A DNA stretch of 64,000 nucleotides from Hyaloraphidium curvatum SAG 235-1. Taxonomy: Eukaryota > Fungi > Monoblepharomycota. The stretch is taken from contig JAIVFI010000012.1 of assembly GCA_025558095.1 (NCBI GenBank), positions 558,001-622,000 on the forward strand. The letters run 5' to 3'. Both the position numbers and the translations under genes were made by a program. Below are positions 44,650-57,443 of the stretch, one piece after another. Each line of letters opens with the position of its first letter. Within the stretch, counting starts at the first letter, position 1. The notes below the pieces were generated by a model. The model was not told where the DNA came from, made no database searches, and was given only the letters and a program-made list of their open reading frames with translations.

Positions 44650-47600
44650 ATGCCGCCTCCGCAGCTCGTCGCGGCGCCGACGCCGCCCAACACGCAGGTC
44701 GCGCGCGGCGGCGACGCGGACGAGGAGGCGTTGGGCCGCGCGAAGCGCCGCCGCGCCGAGAACGGCGAGCCGCCCGGCGCCAAGCGGCCGCGCGACGACG
44801 AACCGCCGCCCGACGAGATCGACGCCGAGGGCGAAATGGAAATGGACTATTCCGACGGCGCGTCGGAGGAGGGCGCCGGCGGCGCGCGAAGGCCGTCGCT
44901 GTCGGGCGCCGTGCAGCCCATCCCCGTGCCCGAGACGCAGCCGCAGTGGCTGGAGACGCTGGAGCGCTGCGTGCGGAGCATCGTGGCGATCAGGTTCTCG
45001 CAGGTGGCCGCGTTCGACACGGATCAGGCCGGGAACAGCGAGGTGGGTCGGGCGGGCAGGATCCCAACGAGTTTCGGAGGCCGCGAGGGCCAGATCTGGG
45101 ACATCGACCGTTGCGGCGTCGATTGAAATTGGTCATGGGCCCGTGGACGATTTTGACGCGGTGCTTCGCGTCTCGGATGGCTGCGGGAAGTCGATGCGGC
45201 ACCGTTGTCAGTTGCCCCGGACCATCCTGGCAATCCTGGCCTTGAGAACTGCCGATTCGCGTTGTTTGCCCCTTTCAACGCCACTCTTGTGGATCTGGCG
45301 TGTTGTTTCATGGGGATTCTTCCCTGTCTTGCGGAATCGCTCGCTGACAGTTTCTCCTTGCTCTCGCCCGTTCTCACCATTAGGCCTCTGGCTTTGTCGT
45401 CGATGCCGAGCGCGGCATCATCTTGACCAACCGTCACGGTGAGGGAAGCCAGCTTGGCGCCAAGTTCCGTTCTGATGCGCCACTTTTGTCAGTCGTCTGC
45501 GCTGGTCCGTTTGTCGGCGAGGCCGTTTTCCACGATCACGAAGAGACGGACGTGTGGCCGATCTACCGGGATCCCGTCCATGATTTCGGGTTCGTTGCGT
45601 CGTTTTCCGAGCTTTGCTTCATTTCTGAACCCAGCCGCCGGCAGCTTCCTCCGCTTCGACCCCTCCAAGATCCGCTACCTCCCCCTCGCCTCCATTCCCC
45701 TCCGCCCTGACCTCGCCCGCGTGGGCCTGGACATCCGCGTCGTGGGCAACGACGCGGGCGAGAAGCTGTCGATCCTCGCGGGGAGCATCAGCAGACTGGA
45801 CAGGAACGCGCCGGACTACGGGGAGGGGACCTACTGCGACTTCAACACGTTCTACCTCCAGGTGGGGACAGGCACCGCCCGTTCAGCTTGCTTGTTTGCT
45901 GAACAAATTCGTGATCTTCTCCACAGGCCGCGGCGTCGACCTCTGGCGGATCCTCGGGTTCGCCCGTCATCGATATCAACGGCAACGCCGTGGGCCTGCA
46001 GGCCGGCGGCGCCACCCGGGCCGCTACGGACTACTTCTTCCCGCTGGACCGCGTCAAGCGGGCCCTGGAGATCGTCCAGAACGGCGGCCACGTTACCCGC
46101 GGGACGATCCAGGCCCAGTGGTAGTGAGTGTCCCTTGCCAGCTAGCGTTTGTCTTTGGTTGACAACCGCGTCTAGCCACCGCCCCTTCGACGAGATCCGC
46201 CGCCTCGGTCTCCGCCCCGAGACCGAATCTAAGGTCCGCTCCCTCTTCCCGACCGAGATCGGCATGCTCGTCGCCGAGACGGTGCTCCCCGGCGGCCCGG
46301 CGTCGGCGTTCCTCGAGGAGGGCGACGTGCTGGTGAGCGTCAACGGCCAGGTGTGCACCAAGTTCGTGCCGCTGGAGGAGATGCTGGACACGAACGTCGG
46401 GGGGAACCTCAAGTTCGTCATCGAGAGGGGAGGAGAGGAGATGGAGTTCGACATCGCGGTCCAGGATCTGCACTCCATGTGAGTTGCTCGCAACGGCTCG
46501 ACGGTCGCAAGATTGCTGATGAGTTTGCAGCACGCCCAACCGCTTCGTCGAGGTCGGCGGCGCCAAGCTCAACGACCTCAGCTACCAGCTCGCGCGGCAG
46601 TATTGCGTCCCCGTCTCGGGCGTCTACGTGGCCGAGGCCGCGGGCATGTTCCGCCTAGAGGGTGCCGACTCGGGCTGGATCATCACCAGCGTGGACGTGC
46701 ACCCGACGCCCAACCTCGACGCCTTTGTCGACGCCATCTCGAAGATCCCCGACCGCGAGCGGGTGCCCATCACGTACTACTCGATTGCCGACGTGCACAC
46801 GCAGTCGGTCGCCATCGCTTCGATGGAGAGGCACTGGAGCAGGTTCAAGATGTGGACGAGGGTGGACGACGTCAACATGGGATACTGGACGTGCAAGGAC
46901 CTCGGGGAGCCGCTGCCGCCGCGGGAGCTGGCGCCCGTGACGGCGCACTTTGCGGAGCTGGACGAGAGCCTCGGCAAGGCCAAGGATCTGATCCGGAGTC
47001 TGGTCAAAGTCTCGTACTACATGCCGTGCAGGTGGGTCGGACCGTGCTCGTTAGTTCCGTTTCTGACTCTTGTTCGGTGCCATCCCACAGAATGGACGGC
47101 TTCCCCAAATCCCGGAAAACCGGCGCCGGCCTCATCGTCGACGCGGAAAAGGGCCTCGTCGTCGTCGGCCGCAACATCGTGCCATTCGACATGGGCGACG
47201 TCTCGCTCACCTTTGCCGACTCGATCATCATCCCCGGCAAGGTCGTGTTCCTGCACCCCACCCACAACTTTGCCTTCGTCTCCTACGACCCAAAGCTGAT
47301 TGGCGAGACGCCGGTGACATCCGCCGTGTTCAGCAAGGCGCCTTTGGGGCAAGGTTGGTCGCCTTTACCTTTCGTTTGCCGTCAGCTCAACTCAATCGCT
47401 TCATTTGCCAGGCCACCACGTGACTCTCGTCGCCTTCAACCACAACCACCGCCCCATCTGCGTCGAGACCGTCGTCACGGACGTCTCCGCAGTCACCATT
47501 CCCCAGTCTGCCACCCCCCGCTTCCGGGCCGTCAACTTTGACGCCATCACCCTCGACACCCCGCTCGCGCAGCAGTGCTCCTCGGGCGTCCTGGCCGACA

Positions 47601-48568
47601 AGGACGGTCTGGTGCAGGGCATCTGGATTTCCTTCCTCGGCGAACGCTCGTCGTCGGGCCACGACAACGAGTACCACCTCGGCGTGCACGTCGACCGGAT
47701 CGCCGAGGTCGTCGAGCTCCTCAAGAAGGGCAGGACCCCCGTCCTTCGCGGCCTGACGATCGAGGTCATGCCCGTGCCGATTGCGCAGGCGCGCCACATG
47801 GGGCTGACCGAGGAATGGGTGGCCAAGGTCGAGGCCGCGAACCCCTCGCGGCGGCAGGTCTTCCTCGTCCGCCGCGTCGAGACGGGCACGAAGACGGCCG
47901 AGGTGCTCAAGGAGCTGGACCTGATCCTGAGCATCGAGGGCAAGACCATCACCCGGGTCACGGAACTCGACGTCGGGGCCGGTTGGAAGGAGGAGGTCGA
48001 GATGGTCATCATCCGGAAGAAGGAGGTGCTCACGCTCACGGTCCCGACAACGGAGCTGGACGGCGAGGGAACCAAGAAGTGCGTCAGCTGGGCTGGCGTT
48101 CTGCTTCAGGGTTGGTGTCGTACTCGCAGCGTTTGTTCTTGAAACGGGTGCTAACGGACCGTCTATAGAACCCCACAAGGCGGTGCTCCAACAGTCCAAG
48201 CACCTGCCCTCGCGCGTTTACATCTCCGGCCGCTCCAAGGGCTCGCCTGGGTACATGTACGGCTTTATCCCGACCCAGTGGATCCTTGCTGTCAACGGCA
48301 AGCGGACTTCGACGCTCGAGGAGTTCCTGGAGGCCGTCAAGGGCGTCAAGGACAACAGCTACGTCAGAGTGAAGACTATGTCGTTCGACCAGGTGCCCTG
48401 CATGCTGAGCGTCAAGATCAATCGCCACTACTGGCCCACCGTGCACGTGAGTTGGCGGTAGCAGTGCTGGGACGAGCGCAGGCGGCTGACTGGAACTGTC
48501 AGATGGTGAAGGACGCTTCGTCTCCCAACGGATGGCAAATGATCGACGTGGAGGAGGACAAGAGCTAG
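44650..48568 (+). CDS. NMA111: Pro-apoptotic HtrA-like serine protease Nma111, multi-exon
   Basis: [58 protein letters not shown], tandem second protease-like and PDZ regions. Confidence 0.95.
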
Positions 48569-48751
48569 GCTCGATCGTCTCCACACAGAACTGGACATGT
48601 GTACCCTGATACCGCTCACAGCCGCTCTGTCCAATCGCGATATAGAGAGAAAAATGAGAGTGACCGCTATGCTTGTCTCGGTTTCCTACCGACGCCTTGG
48701 TGAGGCGCTGAGCGGTGATTCGCCGGACGCTCCGCAAAAGCCCCCGCCGAC

Positions 48752-50580
48752 ATGGCGCGCACAAACACCCTCGCCGCCGCGGCGAGCAGCGCTCTACTGC
48801 TCATTTTGGTTGCCGTGTTGTTTGAAAGGCGATTCTGCGCCTTTTCGCCGTGCTTTGTCTCTCCAAACGAGCACTCGGCTCCTCAGAGAGGCGCCGCCGC
48901 CGCGGCGGGCCCAGAGCCATGGATAGACCATACGCCGGCCACTCCTGCGGTCCAAAAGGCGGTGCGGGTCAGCGACGACTTCGACAAGACGGCCGAAGCC
49001 CCGAGGGTTGCCTCAGCGACTGAGTTTCGGACCGAACCTCCGAAACCTGCGGCAGCGGCCGACGACGTCTTGGCTTCTCCGGAGGACGTTCCCGAGTCCA
49101 AAGCGGCATCGATGCTCCAAGCTGATAGGCGCGGATCGCACATGGCGACGGACATGATGCGTGCTACTGACTTGCAGGTCGGTGACGTGGCGCAGCCCGG
49201 CCTCAGTTTCCCTGACTCCATGGTCACTGCTGGCATCTACCTCCTCCTGCGAATAAACGCTCTCTTTGGGTTCTCTCCTATTCTCTTGCTTGGTCTCTGC
49301 GCTTCAGGTCCCATTCACTCGGGACTCTTCTGCGAAGGGCGCCTCGCCCGAAGCCAACGAGGGGCGCAAGGCGAACGCCACCATTCTGACTTTGGCGCGC
49401 AACAGCGACCTCGGCGGTGTCGTTCATAGCATTCGGCAGTTCGAGAAGACCTTCAACGCCCGGTTCCGATACCCGTACACCTTCCTCAACGATAAGCCTT
49501 TCACGGCCAGCTTCGTGTCCTCGGTCAAGGAGGCGATCGCGGAAAGCCGGGGCGTCGGTGCGGCCGAGGTCGTCGACGGCGTAGACATCGAGTTCGGATT
49601 GATTCCTTTCGAGCACTGGAGCTATCCGTACTGGATCAACCTCACCATCGCGGACCAGTGGCGGCAGGATATGAGCCGGGCCGGGGTCATCTACGGCGGT
49701 TCCGAGTCGTATCGGCACATGTGCCGATGGTTCAGCGGCTTCTTTTTCCGGCACAGCCTGATGAGGAAGTACAAATGGTGAGCACCTACAGGTCGAATCC
49801 GTTCGCGCAGTCTCATTTTGGACGCCACAGGTACTGGCGGCTCGAGCCCGACGTCGACTACTACTGCGATCTCGATTACGACGTCTTCAAGTTCATGGAG
49901 GCGAACAAAAAGCGGTATGGCTTTAACATGCTTATGAGGGAGATTCCAGAGACTGTGCCGTCGCTTTGGTTGGGGAGCGATCAGATCCCGCGAACGCCAA
50001 CTGACTTTCGCACAACCGGACGCCCCGCAGGCCCCTCAGCCTTCATTTTGCCAAGTACCGCGAGATCAACTCGACGCTCATCCGCTTTTTTGTCGATCCC
50101 AAGACGCTGGACTACAACTTCTGTCACTACGTGTGTGTTTCGCGCGGCGCATTGTTACCTCATCCCCTGATTCCTCGCTGCAGTGGTCGAACTTCGAGAT
50201 CGCCGACATGGATCTATGGAGAAGTCCTCAATACCTCGACTATTTCGACTACCTGGATAAGTGGGGCGGCTTCTTCTAGTGGGTTTCGTGGCCGCGATAT
50301 GTGCCGATCGCTGCGCCTGATGAACTTCGTCCGCAGCGAGCGGTGGGGCGACGCTCCCGTGCATTCCCTCGCCGTCGGCCTACTCCTCCGCAAGGACGAG
50401 GTCCACTTCTTCGAGGACATCGGCTACCGCCACACCGAGATGGTCCGTTGCCCGTCGGATCGGTCGAAATGCCGCTGCCCGACGAAGATGAAGAACTTTG
50501 ACTACTCGTCGGGGAGCTGCTTGCCGGCGTGGAACAGATACGAGCCGGCGGCGTTCTTGCCCGCAATTTCGAGGCAGTAG
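48752..50580 (+). CDS. Alpha-1,2-mannosyltransferase, GT15 (KRE2/KTR family)
   Basis: N-terminal TM; NATILTLARNSDL, YPYTFLND, YGGSESYRHMCRW.SGFF, YWRLEP, ERWGDAPVHS, DIGYRH. Confidence 0.93.
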
Positions 50581-50787
50581 TTCTTGTTGAGGACTATGGA
50601 TGGTTGGGCAAGTAGCTGGTCGCTTCATCGGCTCCGAATCTTTCGTCCTTTCCCCACCGACGAGTCCGGCTCAGAATGGACGCTCGACAACCAGGCGCAT
50701 GGAGATAGAAAACAAGCTTGATTACGTAGCCTTACATAAACCCCCGTTTGACCTTCCCAAACAACGCACCACGACCGACGGTAACGC

Positions 50788-53727
50788 CTAAGCCAGCTGC
50801 TGCAGCGCCAACCACCTCACCCGCGCCGGCGCTTTGCCGGCCAAGACGAGGTGCACCATGGGCGGGAACCCGCGGATCGCCGTGCCGCACTCGACGCCGT
50901 TCTTGCGGAACGCGAGCGTCTTGTGGTCGAGGTCCACGTCGACCATGATGACGTCGCCGTCCTTGAAGGCGCCGCCTTTGGCGCGCGAGTAGGGCACCGG
51001 CATGCCGTTGACGGAGACCATGTCACGGCCATCCCACGCGCAGCAGTCTGGAATCGACGGTTAGGGCGGACGCTTCCCGATCTCGGCCAACCGACTCACT
51101 TTTCTGCTGCCTCAATCCAACGCTAGGGTCGAAATCCCCGCCGATGAGGATGCCGACGTCCGGGAAATACGCCTCGGCCTTCTTCTTCCCGAACGGCATC
51201 GCCGTCCCTCCCCCGGTTCCCACCGTCTTCTCCATGAGCACCACCCACCGCCACGTCCCGCTCGTCAGCGGCACCGGCATCCTGATCGACCTCACGTTCT
51301 CCCCCGGGAACCCGAGCGAGTCGGCCAGCGGCTGCAGGTCCGGCGTCGTCTCCCACCCCGAGAAGCCGGGCAGCGGGAGCGGGCCCATGTTGTCCCCGGG
51401 CGTGCGCGCCGCGGCGGCGGCGCTGGCGGTCGCGACGGGGGGCGAGGTGCCCTGCGCCTGGGGCGAAGGCACCTGCTGGGGAGGGGCGTAGCCAGAGGGC
51501 GGAGGAACCTGCTGCGGCACCGGGATGATCTGGGCCTGGATTTGCTGCTGGGGCTGAGGGGGCACGGGGGAAGCCGGCGGCTTCTGCTGCTGCTGCTGCG
51601 CGGCCTGCTGCTGCTGGGCAGCCTGCTGCTGCTGCTGCGCCTGCACCGCCGGCGGGATCGCCGAGAGCGGCATCGTCTGCCCCGGCGGCGGCGGCTTCCC
51701 AGAGAAGATCGGGGGCACGACGACCGGCTGCGGCATGGCCTGCTGGGGCTGCCCTATCTGCTGGTTCGGGATGCCGGCGGCCTCCATGCTCGGGGAGGGG
51801 AACTGCTGCTGCTGCGGCGGCTGGCCCTGGGGCATGCGCTGCTGCTGCATGGGCAAGTTGGCCTGGCTCGAGGCCGCGGAGCCGCCCTGGGGCATGCCGG
51901 CCATGGCCGGCATCGCGAGGTTGGTCTGCGAGGGCATCTGCGAGCCGGCGAGGTTGCTCTGGCTGGGCATGGCCGAGGGCATGGTGCTGTTGGTACCGGT
52001 GCCGGGCACCTGCGGCATGCCTTGCGACGAGGTGGAGCGGTTCATAGCCGACTGCGCCCGGAGCCGTCGGGCCATGAGGGTGTACTGCCGCATGAGACGC
52101 TGCACGGGGACGATTCCCGAGGGCTGCGCGGCGTATGTACAAGTGAGCGAACGAACAGAAAGCGAGCCGCGGCGAACCCACCTCGACTTCCCGTTCCATA
52201 TCGTCCAATCCAATTCCTTCGAGATCAATGAGCCCGTCCAAAACCTGCCTCTCCTGCTCCCCAGCAGCGTTGCCCTCGGCCCAAGCCCGGATGAACCTGA
52301 ACTTCTGTATCTCCCCCCCGGGGAACTCGCTGCCCTTGACGGCCGCGACAAAAGTGTCCAGATCCACCCCCTCGAGCAGCCCCTGCAGCACGCTCCCCCC
52401 GTTCCGCCGCGCGTGGGACATGAAGAGCGGCATGCACCTGTCCAGGGTCTCCTTCATCCCCGTGGTGTTGAGCCGGGCGATGGCTTTGCCCGCCAGCTCG
52501 CTGTCCAGCGAGCCTGTGAGCTGTGCTTCCAGGTGCAGCTTGAGCTGCTCCAGGCGGGCGCGGTCCTGCGGGGCGCCCTGGCCGAAGTGGTCTGCCGCGC
52601 GGAGGCATTCGACCGCCATGAGGGGGTCGCCGCGGCAGTCTACGGCCTGGACAAGGCCGGTGTAGAAGTACCGCAGGAGGAGCTTGACCGCGGGGGGATG
52701 CAGATGGGGAAGGTTGTAGGGGAGAGGGAGAGAGTCGGGGTCTCGGGCGATTAAGAGGCGAAAGTGGTTCGATTGCGCGGCGAGGATAGCTCTGCGGGAG
52801 AGATGAGCACACGTTGTTAGAAATTGTTTGCCGTAGGCAAGGAACCGAAGGCCAGGACGCCAATAGGAGGCGGGGACAGACGAGAGACCCGCTCCGTCGC
52901 CGACCGCAATCTCAGGTGCCCGAACATCCTCCCAGCGGCCACGAAAAATCCAGCCATGCGACCGGCCCATCGCTGGCATTCCACATCGCCGCCTCGATCG
53001 GTTGTCCAGCGCCCGGAACCCCTGGGAAGACCGTGGCGGCGTCTCGCGCGAGAGCGAAATCCGCTGCGGCGAGATCCCCCACAGCCGAACAGGGGCTTCC
53101 GGACGCCCCCAGCGCGACCGACCGCCACCAATGGGTTCCAAATAGCCGCAGAATGCAGCTCTTCTGTCCCATTTGGCGTTTTGCGGGCCGGCGGATGGCT
53201 GCCGACGCCCATGGAAGGTCCAGGGTCTCGCCAACCGGACACCCAAGAACCCACACCAGGGGCCACCAAAGCCCCCCACCCGGCCCAATCCCGTGTAGTA
53301 GCACCAGAATGCCGGATAAAATCCCAAACGCCCCGGCCCGTGCTTTTTGGGCGTGGCCGCCCGAAGCTCACCTGTGCGCGCCAATCTCCTCGCCCTGCGG
53401 GCCCACGGTCATCTCGACGTCGGTCAGCGCCTGCTCCTCCAGCAGCTCCAGGAAGCCCTCGCGGAACGGGTCCATGGCCTGGCCCTGCGCGGGCGGCTGC
53501 TGGGGCGGCGGCTGCTGGGGCGCGGGGGCCGGCGGCTGCGCGGCGAAGTTCATCTGCGGCAGCGGCGGCATGCCGCCCATCTGCGGCGGCGCGCCCATCT
53601 GCGGCATCGGCGGCAGGAACGCCGGCGGCGGCATCGCGCCGGGCATCGGCGGCATCGCGCCCATCGGCATCATCCCGGGCAGCGGCACTCCGCCCGGGAC
53701 GCCGTTCGGCATGTAGCCCGGGTTCAT
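50788..53727 (-). CDS. BTB/POZ-domain protein with Q/P/M-rich regions and C-terminal SPRY-like domain
   Basis: TDVEMTVG...AHR|AILAAQSNHF, LLLRYFYTG; C-terminal GDVIMVDVDLDHKTLAFRKNGVECGTA. Confidence 0.82.
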
Positions 53728-54335
53728 CGTGGTACTGGGCTGCCTCGTAGACGCCAAATAGACAGCTTAAGCGGCACCGGCTACCGGCGCCGGCGCGCCA
53801 TCGGGTGCGGGGAGGTGGGGTTGTCTGGCGCTTAGGACCGAGCCGGCCGGGGGCCGCGGGCGGCGGAGGGGGTCAACGATCTCCGGCACACATCCCTGCG
53901 GGCTCATCCAGGTGGCCAATAAATTGCCAACGTGCAACCAGCAGGACCAATAAGCAGTTTCTCACGCTCGGAAGCGAGCCCGAAGCGGATGGAGACTTGG
54001 AGGCAGCACCGCGCGCCGTCGGCCACCTGCCATCCGCTCTCGCCCGCCTAAAAGTCAAACTGGGCGCCATACGACACATAATCCCGCGTTCAATAAGAGC
54101 CCAGGTAGCCATCGGGGCCCAGAGCGGGCGAGATGTGCGCGAAATCCGACCGCCAAGCGATCCCTCAAAGCGGCAAAGCTAGCCGCCGCCAGCAGCAACA
54201 CCAGCAGCCAAAAGACGTTTTGATTGCTCCGTGGGCACTTGCATCCATTTGGTGGATCATACCGACGTAGCATCCGCTGCGATTGACGCTCTGGCGGCAT
54301 TCCACAGGGAGCGTTGGACGAAACCCGCCCCGCCA

Positions 54336-55292
54336 TGATCATTGCAAACCTCGACATAGTCACCCTGTCCGTTCGGGTTTCCTCGAGCCGCCATTCGCTT
54401 GACCTTGAAGAGCCCCGCTCTGGTATCGAAAGTCATCATGTCGTGGAGCACCGTCCAGGTTGCCTTTTTTTGTCGACGACGTCAATCGCCAGCTCAATTC
54501 CTCGACTCGGACCTGCTTTTCCAACTGGCAATGTCCGGCTTTCGATCTGCCCGGCGTGTCGGACAAGGATGCGCGCGCCGGCTTCCTCTCGAGGAGCGGC
54601 TTCCGCGTCGATCGCTTCGAGCACATGCTCTGGAATCCCACGTTCGCATCACGTTAAAATTGGCTGTTAATGAGAGCCGCGGTGTAATCGGGGCTCTTTG
54701 GCGCCGGCTCGCCGAAGACACCGGCAGACATCGACCTGCCGGAGGGCTTGGCCCGATGCCAACCCCTCTCTCGTGAGGCTTCTCGCGACCGAACGGTGGC
54801 CGGAAACGGCCGCCACGGACGACTTCCGGATGGCGTTCTACCACGTTTCAACCCTCATAGCGCAATATGGCGGTCGTCATTTCGGAGCGCCCCACCCCGT
54901 GGCGCCGCAGCGTCGTTTCGTCCGGGCCGTCGGGGGCGCAAAGCCAGTCGGACGAGCCGTTCCGGAGGGCCGCGGCCGCCGCGGAGGAGACTCTCCCGCG
55001 TTGCGTCCCCATATCCCGGCTCGAGGAGGTCGACCTGGGGTTCTACGTGCTCGATCGCGCCAACCAGCAGCTGTTCGGTGCCATCCGCGTCGGGGATCCG
55101 ACGCAGATCCTGAAGCGGGACCAACAGCAGAACGTCACCACAGACGAGGACATGTGCGACCGATGCGGGAAGCTGCAGAGAGGCGCGAGGAAGCTGATGC
55201 GGTGCGGGCGGTGTGCGATCGCGAGGCGGCGTGGAAAAAGCACAAGAGGGTCTTGTATGCCGTGGGGCAGTTTGGGAAGATACCGCTCTTAA
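54336..55292 (+). pseudogene. Degraded MYND-type zinc-finger protein gene
   Basis: CDRCGK...LMRCGRCAIAR, then AAWKKHKRV in another frame with the YCxxxCQ core missing; upstream in-frame TAA stops (about 54655 and 54684) and frame changes without splice signals. Confidence 0.65.
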
Positions 55293-55789
55293 AGTCAGCG
55301 CTCCTCCCCAATGTAACAAAACTCAGTGGATGGCGGGTGGTTCCCGTGAGCTTGGCGAGGGATCCATATGCGAGAGGGGAAGGGATCGGAGCCGCCTGCG
55401 ATGCTGCCGCCGCGCGGTTGACAATAGGCAGCCGAACCAGTGTGACTTGCAACTCGCATTCATTGGGCCAGGTGCTGCGCAGGTCGGAGGCGCCGGAGGA
55501 TGTGGGATGGGGATTGAGGGATGGGAACAAAGGGACGGGATGAGGATGAGGGAACTGAGGGATGCGGCTTCCTGGAACTCAAGGGCGAAAGCGCGCGGAT
55601 CGCAGCAGCGCCTGCCGAGTGAATCTTCGTCGACAAAAGCGACTCTGCAACGCCTGAAGCCGCTGCGCCTGTTCGTTGGACCCTGCTGCGGGCTAGCCGA
55701 ATCGCGGGACTAAAGCCGCCCGCCAAGTCTTGCCAGGGCCCCGCCCCATACCCCAACCCACACCCGACAGCCCCACGCCCGCCGACACC

Positions 55790-57279
55790 ATGAAGGTCAC
55801 TCTCGCCGTCGCCGCGCTCGCCATCGCCGCCGCCGCCGTCCCCGCCGGGGCCCACCCGCACGGCAGGCACGCCGCGGACGTCATGGGGCAGCACAACTGC
55901 ATGGCGGATGTCATCACCGGCCAGCGGATGGGCGCGCTGAGGAAGAGGGCCGAGGCAAGAGTAAGTGTCTCGCGGACACTTTGCGGAGCAGCCGGAGCGC
56001 CGCCACGGCGTTGGCGCCGCTGGCGGGCGAACGGGCGAGCTATCCCCATTTGGGGGACAAGTGACTCGGTGGCGTCGTTGACAGGAAGCTGACCCATTCC
56101 GTCCTTTCCCTACTTCTTCGCGACGTTCAAGGTGTGGAGTTACTCTGCCAACGTGGGTCCGGCCTCTCCGGCTCTCCGTTCGACGCTTAAATTACACCGA
56201 CGGTTCTTCCGCCTCCCCACCCCACCCAATCACAGACCGGCCCTGCCTTCTGGGGCTCCCTCAAGGACACCTGTGGGTCCAGCGCTCCTGTCGTGACCCG
56301 GAAGCTGACGGCGCTTTCCGGCTCCAGACAAGCAGTGCTCGCTCGGCAGCAAGCAGTCCCCGATTGACTTCGGGAACAACGGGGACATCGTCGTTACCGA
56401 GACTGGCTCCACCCCGTGCGTTTCCTTCGACGCAGCTCCATAGCACTCTGCTAACGCCTCGTTCGACAGGTTCGTCTTCCAGTGGCCCGCCAAGCTCGAC
56501 GCCCCCGAGTTCGAGAACCTCGGTTACACTCTCGAGGTCGTCCCTGACACTTCCGCGTCCGGTGGTGTGCTCTACAACGGCAAGTTCGTGGGTGTCACCG
56601 CCTGCCGCTCTCGCTCAGACGGAGCTGATAGTTCCCGCCGCCTCCGCGAAACTGATCACCCCGACTGAACGGCCATTCGATCACTTCGCGCGCCGCGCCA
56701 TTCCGACAACCAGTTCGCGCTCCAGCAGTTCCACTACCATTTCGCCTCGGAGCACCGCTTCAACGGCCACGCCCACCCCGCCGAAGTCCACTTCGTGCGT
56801 CCTCTCGGCTCCTTTCACTGATCGTGCCCACTGACCCCTTTTCCGCCACGCGCAGGTCCACAAGGCCGCTGACGGCGAGCTCCTCGTCGTCGGCGCCCTG
56901 CTGGAGCTCGTGGACAACTCCAACGGCGCGAACAACGGCGCCGGATGGCAGGACTTCCTGATCGCCAACACGCCCCAGATCGAGGAGGAGGAGCAGAAGA
57001 CCGAGCTCGCCGCCGTGTGGATCCAGGGCGCGCAGCAGGCCATCCAGGCCGCCGGAGGGTTCCGCAACTACAAGGGCTCGCTGACCACGGTGGGTTGCCC
57101 GTTCGCCGGTGGCGGCGGAAGGCTGACGCGAGGAAAAGCCCCCCTGCACCGAGGGCGTCAACTGGTTCGTAGCTAAGGAGCCGATCCCGCTCAGCGTGCC
57201 CCAGTTCCGCGCGCTCTACGAGACCATGCCCTTCAACGCCAGGTTCACCATGCCTGGGCCCCTTGTCAAGTCCGGCTGA
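55790..57279 (+). CDS. Secreted alpha-class carbonic anhydrase, multi-exon
   Basis: Signal peptide MKVTLAVAALAIAA; WSY..TGPAFWG, C..G.KQSPID, QFHYH..SEH...EVHFVH, YKGSLTTPPCTEGVNW, NAR. Confidence 0.93.
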
Positions 57280-57443
57280 ACGGCTTCGGAGGATGTATTC
57301 AATAGCTCTGTCTTTCTATCGTGTTTGGACGTTTAGCTTAGTCTTCCAGTGTGCGCGGACCTCTGACTCGAAGGTCGCCCATCAAGAACCTTTATTTACC
57401 GGAATAACAACCGTCTACGACGTAAACCCCGCCCTTGCACCCA

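Noticed and set aside
51123-53384. 753-aa ORF as a single protein
   Set aside because: It runs through an intron and into an out-of-frame region of the BTB-SPRY gene; only the middle part is real coding sequence.
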